Shown here: positions 27,459 to 42,400 of the stretch, in pieces | How positions within the stretch are numbered: the stretch's first letter is position 1 | How the letters are laid out: each line of letters starts with the position of its first letter | Virus record (IMG/VR): IMGVR_UViG_3300025417_000566 | Span: 1 to 64,000 of that record | DNA length: 64,000 nt | Direction: 5' to 3' (one strand) | Source: a virus | Made by a program: the position numbers and the translations under genes | Notes under the pieces: generated by a model | Database searches by the model: none | What the model was told of the DNA's origin: nothing | Seen by the model: only the letters and a program-made list of their open reading frames with translations

Positions 27459-30400
27459 ATGGCAAATACAAATAGAGTTAGAACACTTAATTTCTTACCA
27501 GAAATTTTTCAGACTACTAGCAACCAACAATTTTTATCTGCTACACTTGACCAATTAGTAAATCCTCCCAACTTACAACGTATTCAAGGTTACATTGGAA
27601 GTAAGTTTGGTTACGGTGTTAACCCAAACGATTACTATGTTACAGAACCTACAAAAACTAGAAGAGAATATCAACTAGATCCAGGCGTTGTAATTAAAAA
27701 GACAAATGAAAATACTGCAAAAGATTTTATTACATACCCAGGTATCCTTGACGCATTAAATCTACAAAACGGTGTTACTAACAATAACAATCGTTTGTTT
27801 AATAGTCAGTTCTACTCATGGGATAGTTTTACCAATCTAGATAAGATCATTAACTTTAATCAATACTATTGGTTACCTTTTGGTCCACCTTCAGTAACAG
27901 TAGCATCACAAACTGTTTATTCTACAGAGCAATATGTTGTAACGTCATTAGACAATGGTTATAATATTCGTATTGCTTCAGCTGAAACAGGTGAAATTAA
28001 TCCAACACTAACATTGTTGCGCGGTGGCACTTACACATTCTTAGTTGATCAAGATACTCAATTTTGGATTCAAGGTCAACCAGGTGTAACTGGCTACAGT
28101 CCTACGCAAACTAACTTATATACACGTAATGTATATGGAGTAGAAAACAACGGTGCAACTCAAGGTTATGTAACATTTACAGTTCCTGCCGCAGACGCAC
28201 AAAACGAATATCAATTTCCTGCTAGTGGTGTAAATCTTGATTTAGTATGTACTACACCATTTAGCCAAATCAACGGACAACTATTGTCAACAATAGGTGC
28301 AATTGATGGTGTCACATCATTGCAAGGTCTACAGATTATGTTTTATAACACAGGAATTCCTAACGAAACTGGGTATGTACAAACATATTATTCTGAAACT
28401 TCATATGACACTAATGATAACACATTAGTTCAACCTCTTACAATTTCAGTTAACCAAACAGCGGCTAATGTCTTTACATTAGCAAGTGGAACAAACGCAT
28501 CATTAAATGTAAATGACACTATTACATTTAACAATCCTACATTCGGTGGAGTAACTGCGGGTAGCGTATATTTTATTAATGGTTTAGTGGGAACAACAGG
28601 CTTCACTATTTCTGCTACATTAGGGGGTTCTATTTTAACATTGACCAACGCAACAGGTTTAATGACTGCTAATACAAATCAAGGTTTGTTAGAAGAGGGT
28701 TATTATACCACTGTTGCAAACAACTTCTATACAGTTGAATATGTTGGTGATCCTGCTAACCCAGTTATTAGATTGATTCCAAGTGGAGTTATTCCTACTA
28801 ATCAAACTATTACGCCAGCATTTGGTGTACAGTATAATAATTTACCCTTCTATCGCAACACAGTGGGTACAATTGCAGAAGTACCTTATATTAGTGCGCC
28901 CCTAAACACATTATACTATCAAGATGGTACAAACGCTGACAGCGTTGGTGTTATTAAATTAATTGAAAGCAATCTTTCAAACACAATAAACGTTACAACT
29001 GACATTTTAGGACAAAAAACATTTACTAGCACAAATGGTGTTGTGTTTACAAATGGATTAAAAGTAAGTTTTGACGGTGACGTTATCCCAACAAGTTATT
29101 TGTCAGGTGAATACTACGTAGAAGGCGTGGGTACTGCTATTGAGTTGATCCCAGTTAACTCATTGATCTGCCCTGAAGGATTTACTGAGGCAGTTTATAA
29201 TCCATATGATTCTACTAATTATGATATTGGTAACTGGGACTTAACAGACTTTGTTCCTGTATTACCTGATTACATTACTATTGCTAGAAATAGTATTAAC
29301 AAAAACGCATGGTCACGTAGTAATCGTTGGTTCCACATTGATGTAATTAATGCAACTGCATCTTACAACAATGATCCTACGATTCTTACAATTTATGCGT
29401 CTGCTACAGCAAAAGCACAACGTCCAATTATTGAGTTTTACCCTAACCTACAATTGTTTAATTCAGGTATTATTGGTAAACAAGCAGTTGACTTTTTTGA
29501 CACAAGAACAACAGATGCATTAACACAAGTTGCAGATCAACAAAACTACTATCCTGATATCCAAGTATATAGTACATATACAGCAACCGTTGCCGGGGTT
29601 ACAAATGCAACATCAACTACAATTACAATTAACGCAAGTGCAGTAACAGGAACACTACAACAGTACCAATATATTACTGATTCTACAAACTTGTTGCCTA
29701 GAAACTCACAAATTCAATCAATTGCATTGAATAATGGAGTATACACATTAAATGTATCATGGCAAAATGCAACTACATTTAATACAACTACTGTAGCAAG
29801 TATTGTTGCTAGCGACACAACTGTAAACAATTATGCATTGTTCTCAGGTGCTAGAGTTATTTTCTCAGCAGACCCAACAGTAAGCAACACAATTTTTGTT
29901 GTCAACTTGTCTACTCTAACAACTGGCTCAACACCAGTTATCACAATGACTCCTGCTGAAGATAGCCCATGCTTAACAAATGAACAAGTTGCTGTGTTGC
30001 GTGGTTACTATCATCAGGGTGAAAGTTATTATTATACTGGCACAAGTTGGGATTTAGCACAAGAAAAAACCAATGTAAATCAAGCACCTTACTTTGATAT
30101 GTTTGATAGCAATGGTGTAAGTTTTGGCGACCCATCAGTTTATCATAGTACAACATTTACAGGTACTACACTATTTCAGTATGGTGTAGGTATAGGCTCA
30201 ATCGATACTGTTTTGGGTTTCCCTATATCGTACAGTTCTATTGATAACCAAGGCGATATTCAGTTTGACGTAACACTTAACTCAGACACATTTAATTATG
30301 TGAACGGCGCCACACCTATAACTGAAAATATTAACACAGGTTACGTTTACAACTACACAGTGGACAGAACATTGTTCAGACAATTGGGTTGGCAAACTGC

Positions 30401-33400
30401 TGTAGCACCTAGTGTACAATATCAATATTTTGAAATTCCATATAGCCCTGCTACAACAACATACACGTGTGATATTGCGGCATTAACTGGAACAGCGGCA
30501 ACTGATGCTGTTTGGCCAGTGGTACAAGTTTATATTGACAACGTATACCAATCTCCAACCTCATATACATACACAGTAGGAACAAATTCTACTACTATTG
30601 TACTTCCACAACAACCTTCAACTGCAACACTAGTTCAAATTCTATTGTTAAGTAATCAGGTAAGTACAACTGGATATTATCAAATTCCTATCAATTTGAG
30701 TAATAATCCATTGAACACAAATATTACTGTTGCTAACGTTGGTGATATTCGCAATCAATATCAAAGTATTTTTTACAATAATCCTAATACAACAGGTCAA
30801 GTATTTGGCCCTAACAACTATAGAGACTTAGGAGATATTGTTCCATATGGTACTGCTATTATTCAAAATAGCGCAAGTCTAGTATTGCCCGGAGCACTAC
30901 TACGTGTACCTGATCACAATTTATTCAATGCGTTATTGTATAACAGCCGTGAATATGTTAACTATAAACAATTAATTGTAAGTACAGTTAGCAACACAAA
31001 CTTTACACAAACATATAACCCTGCGCAAATTTTAGATATTGCACTAGCGCAAATTACTCAATCTAAGAGTCCTAACCAATCATTCTTCTGGTCAGACATG
31101 ATTCCTTCACAAGCGCCTTATAGAAGTAATATCTATACATTTAACAATGCACTAGACACATCAATCTACCCATTGTCACAAGTTTATAATTTTGAAACAG
31201 CAAATTATAATGGTGTATTGGTATATCGCACAACAAAGATTAACGATTATCAAACTGTTACTGAACAGTTAATTAAGGGTCAAGATTATACAGTAAGTAC
31301 AACTGCACCTTCACTTGAAGTTACTATTGAGTTGAATGCAGGAGACACAATTACAATTAATGAATATAATCAAACTTATGGAAGTTATGCTCCAAATACT
31401 CCAACTAAGTTAGGATTATATCCCGCATTTGTTCCTGAAGTTGTCTTAGATAGCGACTACTATACACCTACATATTTTATTAAAGGACACGATGGTTCAT
31501 TTACTAAGTTATACGGTGAGTATATAAACGGTGTATTACAAGACTATCGTGACCAAGCATTATTAGAATTTGAAACACGTGTTTACAATAACTTGAAGTT
31601 AAGTAACACAATTCCAATTCAAGCATATGATTTGATTCCTGGTTATTTCAGACAGGGTACACAGCAATATTCTAATCAAGAATGGTTAGAAATGTACAGT
31701 ACTAATTTCTTAAATTGGATTGGTCAAAATCGTTTAAATTACAAAACACAATACTATAACACAAACGATCCATTTAGTTATAACTATACCAACTCAGGTA
31801 ACAAGTTAGACAGTACTCCAATTCAGCAGGGTTACTGGAGAGGTGTATATCAATATTTCTATGATACAACAACTCCAAATGAAACACCTTGGGAAATGTT
31901 GTACTATCCAAATCAACCAAGTTGGTGGACAGAACGTTATGGTCCTGCCCCATATACAAGTGATAACTTAGTGTTATGGAACGACATTGCAAACGGCGTT
32001 CGTTGGGAAGATGGTGTACCTGTAACAGTTCCTGAACTAGCACGTCCTGGCTTACTAAACATACTACCAGTTGATAGCGCAGGTAACTTAGTAAGTCCTT
32101 TTGTATCAATTGTTGGTAACTATAATCCTAACACATTCCAAAAAGATTGGGTTGTTGGTGATGATGGCCCAACTGAATTAAGTTACAGAAGAAGTAGCAC
32201 ATGGCCGTTTGATTTCATGAGACTTCAAGCATTGATGAAACCTGCTGAATTCTTTAACTTGGGTGTATGGGTTGACAATTACAAATACAATGCAGAGTTT
32301 AATCAGTACCTAGTTAATGATAGAAGTCACTTAGTGCCTAATGAAATTCCTGTATATGGTAGTGGCACAGCCGTAACCAGTTACTTGAACTGGATTGTTG
32401 ACTTTGAAAAACAACAAGGTATCGATGCTACAACAAATCTAACAACGTTATTCAACAACTTAGATGTAAGATTGGTTTACAGATTGGCTGGCTTCAGCGA
32501 TCAAAATCAATTGGCATTCTATGTTGAAAAAGCAAGTCCAAACACAACAAGTTCATCATTGTTGATTCCAAATGAGAGTTATAATATTCTTTTATATGAT
32601 AACCAACCATTTGATAGAATCCCTTATAGTTCTGTTGTTGTACAACAAAATGATGGTTACTACACAGTATTTGGTAACGCACAACAATTTGCATACTTTA
32701 CTGTATTGAACCCAGTTTATGATGGTCAAACTTATGCAATTGACATTCAGTCAGCAAAAGTTAAGGTAGCAAAAAACTATTCAACAAAAGAAACAATTGT
32801 TCCTTATGGTACATCGTTTTACAGTACACAAGAACTTGCACAATTCTTAACTAGTTATGGAGCATGGCTACAAGATAGAGGTATGATATTCCAAGACATT
32901 CAAAATGGTCTTGAAGTAACATGGAATCAAATGGTTGCTGAGTTCTTATACTGGTCACAAACAGGTTGGGGTACAGGCTCAGTAATTACATTGAATCCTG
33001 CGGCAACACTATTGACTATCGATAAAGTTGATTGTGTTGTTCAACCATTAACTATCCAAGATCAAAACTTTGTATTGAATCAAAACTTATATCCAATTCA
33101 ATTGAAGGATATGTGTATTGAACGTAATGATACACAGTTTACATTACACGCATTAAATCAAGGTGATGCATTTAGTTATGCACAATTTGATCTAGGTAAT
33201 TTTGAACACGGCATCGTATTTGACAATACAACACAATTCAATGATACAATTTATAACCTAGTAACAGGTCTACGTCAAATTAGAATTAATGTGCGTGGTG
33301 CAAAAACTGCGGATTGGAACGGTACTGTAAATGCTTGGGGCTTTATCTTGAATCAAGATAACGTACAAGAATGGTCACCTAACTTAAAATATACTAAAGG

Positions 33401-36400
33401 ACAGATCGTTCTTTACAAGAACAAGTATTGGGTAGCACAACGTGTTATCGAACCAACAGCAACATTTAATCAACAGAATTGGAAAGAAACAAATTACAAT
33501 GCTGTACAGATAGGTATGCTGCCTAACCCATCAACACGATCATTTGAAAGTGCGTTATATTATAACACAAATGTTAGTAACTTGTCACAAGATGCCAACT
33601 TACTAAGTTATAGTTTGATTGGTTACAGACCAAGAGATTACTTAGCAACAGCAGATTTGACAGACGTTACACAAATTAACGTTTATCAAAACTTAATTAA
33701 AAACAAAGGAACACGTAATGCAGTAAACGCATTCCAAGGTGTTACTTTACCACAAGGTGGTATTAGTTATAATGTCTATGAAAACTGGGCAATCTTGCAA
33801 GGTGAGTTTGGTGGTGTAGCAAATAACAATTTTGTACAATTTAGAATTAACCAAGCAAATATGACCGGAGATCCATCAATCTTTAGTTTAACTAATGGTG
33901 TGTATACTCCTGGCTCAATGCAAGAAATTCCTATCTATAGTTTATACAACTATAAACACAATATTGATAATCCAAACATCTTGTTAACAACAAATGATGC
34001 AGAACCTAGCACAACAAACATTTATCCAGACGCAGGTTATGTAAACTTTAACGATGTTAAAATGTCAAGTTACTTCTACTCTGGATTACCTAGAGCAACT
34101 GATATCACTGGTCAAATTGTTCCTATTCAGAATTTCTACGTAAGAGATTATGTATGGTTGGCTAATTTCTTGAACACATGGAATGTATATTCATTAAAAC
34201 CAATTGGTCAAGTAATTCAAGTTAGAAACAATTTAAACAAAACAGCAACAATTACATTTGCAGAACCACACGGACTAAGCAAATTACAACCATTAGCAAT
34301 CGTCAACTTTGCAAACAATGTAGACGGATATTATATCGTTACACAAGTTGTAAATTTAAATGAAGTTATTATCAATCTCAATGTAGCAACTGCAAATCAA
34401 AATACATTGACTGGTCAAGGTATTGGTTTAATCTTTGAAACACAAAGAGCTGCAACACCTTCAGAAATTGGATTGTTAGACTTAACTGAAGCAGACTTTA
34501 TTACAAATACAGTTTGGGTTGATGAAAACACAGACGGTAACTGGGCAGTCTATCAAAAGACTATCAATTATCAATACAATCAGCAATTAGAAAAGCCATA
34601 TGCAACTAATTTTGGTACTGCTGTTTCATACTCACCTGAAATGGGATACTTAGTTAGCGATGCACCTCAAGGTAATGTTTATAGATATGTGTACGACCCA
34701 TTATCATCACAATCAACAGGACAACCTGTTTATGACATATCACAAACGTTAACTGGTGGTACAAGTTTTGGTACAACAATTGTTCATCAAAATAACATTT
34801 ATGCTATTAGTGAACCAACAAGTGGTACACCAAAAGTATACATTTACGCATTAAATGATAGCACAGTTTCAACTGCGGCTATTCTCTATCAAACTATTGC
34901 GGCACCCGGTGGTGTAACTAATTGGGGTAGTGCATTGGCAATGTCAGGGGATAACAATTGGTTGTATATTTCTGACATAGCAAATAATAATGTTTACGTA
35001 TATCGCAGAGAACAAGTTCTATTGAACGCTGGTTACTTTGTAACAGGACAAACATATACAATTCAAAGTATTGGTACAACAGACTTTACAGCAATTGGCG
35101 CAGTTGCAAACGATGTAGGTATTACGTTCGTTGCTACAGGTGCAGGTACCGGTACCGGCACAGCGTTGCAAGTAACATATGCGCAATCAACTGTAATCAG
35201 TGGTTCATCAACTGCTGGTTCAGTATCAGGCGATAATTTCAGTGCTTCATTGTCAACTGACTATTATGGTCAAACATTATTTGTTGGCGCACCTGATGTA
35301 AATTACAGTTCAACAATTGAAAATTGGGGTAGTGCATATGCATACCAAAGAACAGTTCAAAACGTTGAAGCACAACAAACTAGTGTTGCTGGACAAATTC
35401 AGTCATTTACATTAGGTTGGACACCAACAGCAGGAGCAACAAGAACAGCAAGTGCAACTAATGGTAGCACAAACTACATTACATGTAATGCAGCCATGAC
35501 TGGCTTTGCAGTAAATCAAGCCGTAGTCTTTAATGGTAGTAACTTTGCTAACTGTGGTATTAAGCCAAACGTTGTTTACTACATTGCTGGTATTTCAGGT
35601 TCAACAATTTCTATCAAAACATCACGTTCATCAACAACGCCTGTGCAATTAACTACTGCTAGTGGCTTGTCATTTGGTGTGTATGTACAAGTTGATCCAT
35701 TATATGTTACAGTTAACGGTACATTAGTACAAGACAACAACTATGGTGTAATTGGTAATCAATTTGTTTACAGTGGTGCATTGCAAGCAGGTGACATTAT
35801 CAACATTAGTGATAATCAATACACATTAGTACAAAACTTCAATTCACAGTTCAATGACAGAACCGGGATACATTATGGTTATGCAATGGACATGAACACA
35901 TTTGGTACTGAAGTATTAGTGGGTTCACCATTTGAAATCAATGACACTACAGGTGAAGAAGGTGCTACTTATAGATATACTAATGTTGGTGCCAAATATG
36001 GTGTTATTATTGGTACATCTGTATGTAATTTGTTGTCATCACAATACTTGTTTATAAATGGATACTTGTTATTCTTGACAGCAGGTGATGCAACATCAAT
36101 TGCTAACCAAATCAATTCAAGCAAAATTACTAACGTACAAGCATCTGTAACAACTGATGGTATGTTAGTGATTCAAGTAATTGATAGCGAAATTGCACAA
36201 CCTAACAATCAACTATCAATCTCTGTTGTTAATGAAGATGTGCTAGATCAATTGGGTCTTGATGTATTTGTTAATACACAAGTTCTTGTGTCACCATATG
36301 CAGTTGGCCCAACAGAATTTGGTACAGCAATTAAATTCAATGAATCTGGAAGTGTAGTAATTTCTGCGCCAGTTGGCACACGTTATGAGTTCACATCATT

Positions 36401-39400
36401 TGACTTTACTGACAACGGTACACCTGATTTAGACACCGTGTTTGATAATAACGCAACACGATTTGTTGACAGTTATCCAAACGCAGGTGCAGTATACATG
36501 TATGATTATCTTGGTAACTACAATGAAAATGTTGCAAACCCTGGACAATTTGTATTTGCTCAATCTGTAAATTCACAAAACACAAGTTATGGATTCAATC
36601 CATTATACGGTGCAAGCCTAGATTTTAACAACAACACAGTTGTTGTTGGTTCACCTGACTTCTTGCCAGGAGTATCAGATGGGCAAGTTGTAATCTATGA
36701 CAACTCAGTTGGTACACAAGACTGGGGCATTTATAGACAAAGCGCACCTATTGTTGATATCAACAGTATCAGCAACTCACAATTGTTTAGTGCTACATCA
36801 AACAACACACTAGTAAATCTAGATTATATCGATCCATTACAAGGTAAGATTCTTGGCTCAGTAAGACAAAATCTAGATTTTGTAACAAATACTGATCCTG
36901 CAAGATACAATAGTGATTTAGCAAGCCAAACAGGTTATGTTTGGGGAGCAAACGAAGTTGGTAAAACATGGTTTAATACAAACAATGTACGCTTTGTTAA
37001 CTATCATCAAAACGATGTAGTGTATAATAGCAAGTACTGGGGTCAGGTATTCCCAGGAAGTGATGTTGCCGTTTACACATGGGTAGCAAGCAATGTGCCT
37101 CCTCAGAATTATCAAGGTCCGGGTACTCCGTTAGACATTACATTATATGCTATTAGCAGTACATTAAACGCAAGTAGTGTTGTTGTACCTATCTATTATT
37201 TCTGGGTGCGTAACACAAACTTGATTTTTAGCGAAACAGGAAAAACTCTAAGCGATACTATTCTTGCGCAATACATTGCTAACCCACGTGGGTCAGGTAT
37301 TAGTTTTATGGCTCCTGTATTACCAAACACATTTGCAGTTTATAACAGTTTAAGTTATTTCAATGGTACTGATACTGTGTTCAATATTGCATATAGTAGC
37401 AATCAAGATTCAGGAAGTGATATCTATCACCAACAATTTGCTCTTATTAAAGAAAATTATGCAGAAGATTTCTTGCCAGGATTCCCGCAGTATGCGTATA
37501 TAAGCAGTGCTTTGAGTGAACCTAATGGTTTATATTTAAGATTTATTAACAGTTTGGCAGGATGTGACGATGCAGGTGGAGTAGTACCTGATCCATACTT
37601 ACCAATTCAAGTTCAATCGGGTGTTCAAGTAAGACCAAGACAAAGTTTCTTCCTTGATAGATTCTTAGCACTTAAAAACTATTTGACATTTGCTAATGAA
37701 GTGTTAGCACAATATCCAATCGTTGAACTAAGAGAAAATTTAGACTTCTTGTACACAGTAGGAGATATTAATCCTGGTACAGGCTTACCATACTACGACA
37801 CAACTAACTATTGGGAATTTGTCAACTGGTGGGCTCCTGGCTACAGCGACAACACACGCTCTGTACTACAAGTTCCATTATACGCTGACTTAGCAACATT
37901 GAATGTAAGTGCAGGTACAATTGTAACTGTTGCACAAAACGGTGCAGGTAAATTTGAAGTTTATATTACTGACGGATTAGGAAACTGGACACGTATTGGT
38001 TTACAACAAGGTACTATTCAGTTTAGTAGCGCATTATGGGATTACTCAAGTGCAGGCTTAGGTTGGGACGGAAACTTCTTTGATACAAACGTATTTGATT
38101 TGTACCCAAGCGAAGAAACACGTTATATTGTTCGTGCATTAAACGAGCAAATTTATACTGCGGACTTGTTGATTTATAGAAATCAAAGTTTGATTTTACT
38201 ATTCCAATATATCCAAAGCGAAACAACCTCATCACAAAACTTCTTACCTTGGTTGAATAAAACATCATTGGTTGACGTAGATCATAAGATTCGTGAATTG
38301 TTACCACTTGAAGTATATCAAGGTGACAATGAAGTATTCTTAGAAGGTTACTTAAATGAAGTTAAACCTTATCACGTAACTATCAAACAATTTAGTTTTA
38401 GTTATACAGGTAATGATGTATTTGAAGGTAACATCACAGACTTTGATTTGCCAGCACAATGGAATAATACTTATCAAGAGTTTATCAGCCCTGAATTAGT
38501 TTATACATTACCAAACAACGAATATGAATATTTGCCAAGCAGTTCAATTTGGCAAACAGAAGCATATAACCAATGGTATCAAAACTATGGCGTTTCATTA
38601 ACTGGTCAAGATAATTACAACATTACAACACTAGTTTCATACTTAACTCCAAGTTCTAAGTATATTATTGTTGATAACGCTAATGGTTTCCCAATTAATG
38701 GTACAATCACTATTGACGGCGAACAAATTGGATATTCATCAGTAGACCGTGCATTAAATCAACTAAGTGGATTAGTACGTGGATACAACAGTACTGTTGT
38801 TACTAACCATATCCCTGGTGCTAAAATTTATATTGACTTACCTGCTGTCTTACTATTGAGCGGTGGTAATGGTTATAGTAATCCTCCAAGAGTAACTGCG
38901 GTAATTGATGAAACATTATACCCTGCTCCAAGAACTCCTGCTGTATTAGAAGCAGTAATGAATTTAGATTCGGTATTGGAAATTAATGTTATTATCCCAG
39001 GTTCAGGATATCCTGTATTACCCACAATTGTTATTGAACCATCATCTACAATTTATTTTGCAAATACACAAGTCAATTCAGTATTGCACACTATTACAGT
39101 TTATGCACCTGATTTAGTAACAGGTTCACAAGTTCAATACTTTAACGATACATCAACAAATAATGGAGTTGGTGAGTTAGCAGACGGACAATGGTACTAT
39201 ATCAATGTCTTAGAAACCACTCCTACTGCGGTAGTTGCACTTTATGTAACTTATTCAGATGCAATCAATGATGCTAACAGAATTCCAATCTTTAATAATG
39301 GAACAGGTAGCGCATTCTCATTGAATCTTGGTGCTAGAGCATCAGCAATTTCTACTGCTTACCCAGTACGTGAAAACAGTATTAGAATGAAGTTCGATAG

Positions 39401-42400
39401 AACTACATACAATTCACAAGTACAAGATTGGCAGTCTAGTGCATACTACGGCGCATTCTTTGCTGGTAGTTATCGCAACAATGAAGACTTCTCAAGTTCA
39501 GATGTAAGTTTAGAAAGTACTACACCTCCTATTCAATATATTACTGCGGCTTCAGGTGGCGGCGTAGTATTTGAAATTAGTGATGTTACAAACGATCAAC
39601 AAGTTGAATGGTCTTCATTTGTAAGATATGTTGGGGCCACAGTAGCATCTAACAATTCTATTAAATTGATTCCACAAGATGGAAACAATGATCCTAACAA
39701 TCCACAGCCAAATGCTTCTGGTACAACTGTTGGTTTCTATGTTGGTATGCCAATTCAATTTAATGGAGTGGGCATTGGTGGACTTGTGGGTTCAACTACA
39801 AGTACCCCAGTAATTTACTATGTACATAGCATTATTGATGAATTATACTTTACAGTATCATTATCAGTAGGTGGTCCTATTGTAACATTAACATACGCAA
39901 CAGTTGGAGCCGCAGGCTTAGAATGTTTAACTGCAAGTGTTACAAACACAGCAGTATTGACTGTAAACTACCCAGGTATTATCACAGTTACAAATACTAC
40001 AGCAGTAACTAATGTATTCACTGCCCCAGTATCAGCAATTGGTACAGGTGGTACTAATGGATTCTATGTGGGTATTCCATTATTCTTCACTGAAGGTTTA
40101 ATTGGTGGTGTTGTATTAAATCAAGTTTACTATGTTTCAACAATTATTGACGAAGAAAACTTTACAATTTCTTCATCACCTACGCCATTAAGCACTACCG
40201 TTCTTTCTACAGCAAGTTCAACTAATATTGTAACTGTTTATACTACAGAAGGTATGAAGGTTAACGATCCATTAATCTTTAACAACATGGTGATCAGTGG
40301 TAGTAGTGTAACTGATTTTGGTAACATTATTTCAGGTGTAACTTATTACATTAAAGAAATTATTAATTCTACAGAAATTACAATTTCTCAATATGTAAAC
40401 AGTACTGTATTCCCATTAACAACCGTGGCTGCAAGTAGTACAACAAGTGCATTGGTAACTGATCAAAGTTCTAGCACACAGTTGACTACTGGTTTAGGCG
40501 CAATGATAATGAATGTCAATTTACCAATTAGCCCAGGACAAATCAATGGACAATTGTTTAACTTGTATGAAACATCTGGACAATATCCTAATATTGGTAC
40601 AGGTGTTATCAGTGAATTAATTGGCAACACAGTTAATGCTACAATTCAAACTGTAAATTATGTTGCATTTAGTAACCAACAACCAACTCAATTTATGTAT
40701 GCTAACATGCCAGTTAGATTTAATACTTCAATTGGTGGATTAAGCACAAACACAACTTACTACATTAAATCACTTGGTGTAATTTCTGTAAACTGTACAA
40801 CTACAAGTTCATCAACCAATCAGATTACATGTAATAGTACATCTACATTGTATGTTGGCATGCCTATCAAATTCAGTGGTGTGTCATTAGGTGGTATTAC
40901 AATTGGACAAACATATTTTGTTAAATCTATTGTAGACAGCACACACTTTACAATTAGTGCAACGTCAGGTGGTTCAACATTAGTGTTGTTCACATCAAAC
41001 GGTGAAATGGTTGGTACTGGCGACCCGTACATGGTTGTTTCTGCAACATTGGGCGGTAGCGCAGTATCATTAACATCAAGTACAGCAAGATCAAGTTTTG
41101 TTCAATATCCAACTGCTAATCCAACATTTGATATTTCTTATGCGGTTGGTGGATATATTGCAATCATTAATTCTGCGGCATCTGGATTTGCAGTTAACAA
41201 CGTAATCACAATTTATGGATCATACGTTGGTGGTACAACACCTACTAATAATGTGACATTGACAGTAAACACAATTGGAACTGACGGACAAATCACTGGC
41301 GTAATTGCATCAGGAACTGTACCGGCAAGTTCATCAAGTTACTATCTAAAAGTCGTATCTCCAAATCAATTGGCAGTTTACAGTAATCCATTGTTGACTG
41401 TTCCTGTAAGTGGACTAGACATACCTTATGTTGGATTCACAGTTGAAACAGTTACAGGTGTTAACTCATCAACCAATGCATTGACAATTGCAGATACTAC
41501 ACAATTCTCTCAATACGATGCGGTTGTGTTTACTGGCAATACAAGTATTGCACAAACTAATATTGTTCCTAACCAAACATATTACATTTATCAAATTCTA
41601 AGCCCAACAACATTTACAATTTCTACTGCACCAGGTGATGGTTCTACTGTAGTTACTATGGTAACTACAATCGCCGTAAACTTCACAATGGCAAAAGCAG
41701 GAAGTTTTGCAGTATTACCTCAACCGTTCTACTTCAATCAAAGTATTGTGAAGTATAACAACAGAATATATCAATGTATTATTTCTAACAATGATAGTGA
41801 ATTTATCTTTGGTAAGTGGCAGTTGTTAGACAGTGATAGTAATTTATTAAACGCTATGGACAGGGTAATTGGTTACTATCAACCAACTGCAAACATGCCA
41901 GGTGTAGACTTGACACAGTTGTTTGAGGGTGTAACTTATCCTAACTCGACATATTATGGTAATCAATTTGCTCCCGCAAATCAATATCCTGTAGATACAA
42001 TTCTACAAGATCAACCATTCTATCCAACAGAAGTAGATATTACTAGCGTAATTTGGAATGGCGCAACATACTTAGCAACAAGTAACTTACCAACATATTC
42101 GGCAGTATTGATTAGCCCAGATGGTATTAACTGGAGTATTGATACACTGGCAAATATTAATGTTGACATTACAGATATTCTTTATGCAGGTGGTTTCTAT
42201 GTAATCACAACTACAAATAGTGCAACACCTATCTATAGAAGCAATGACGGTATCAATTGGACAACAAATGGTTACTATACCCCATATAGCGATCAACCAT
42301 ACGATACTACAGAGTATGATTCAACATCAATCAACGTAGCCCAACTTGCATTGCAAGCAGTAACATATTCAAATGGATATTATATTGCAGTTGGTGACAA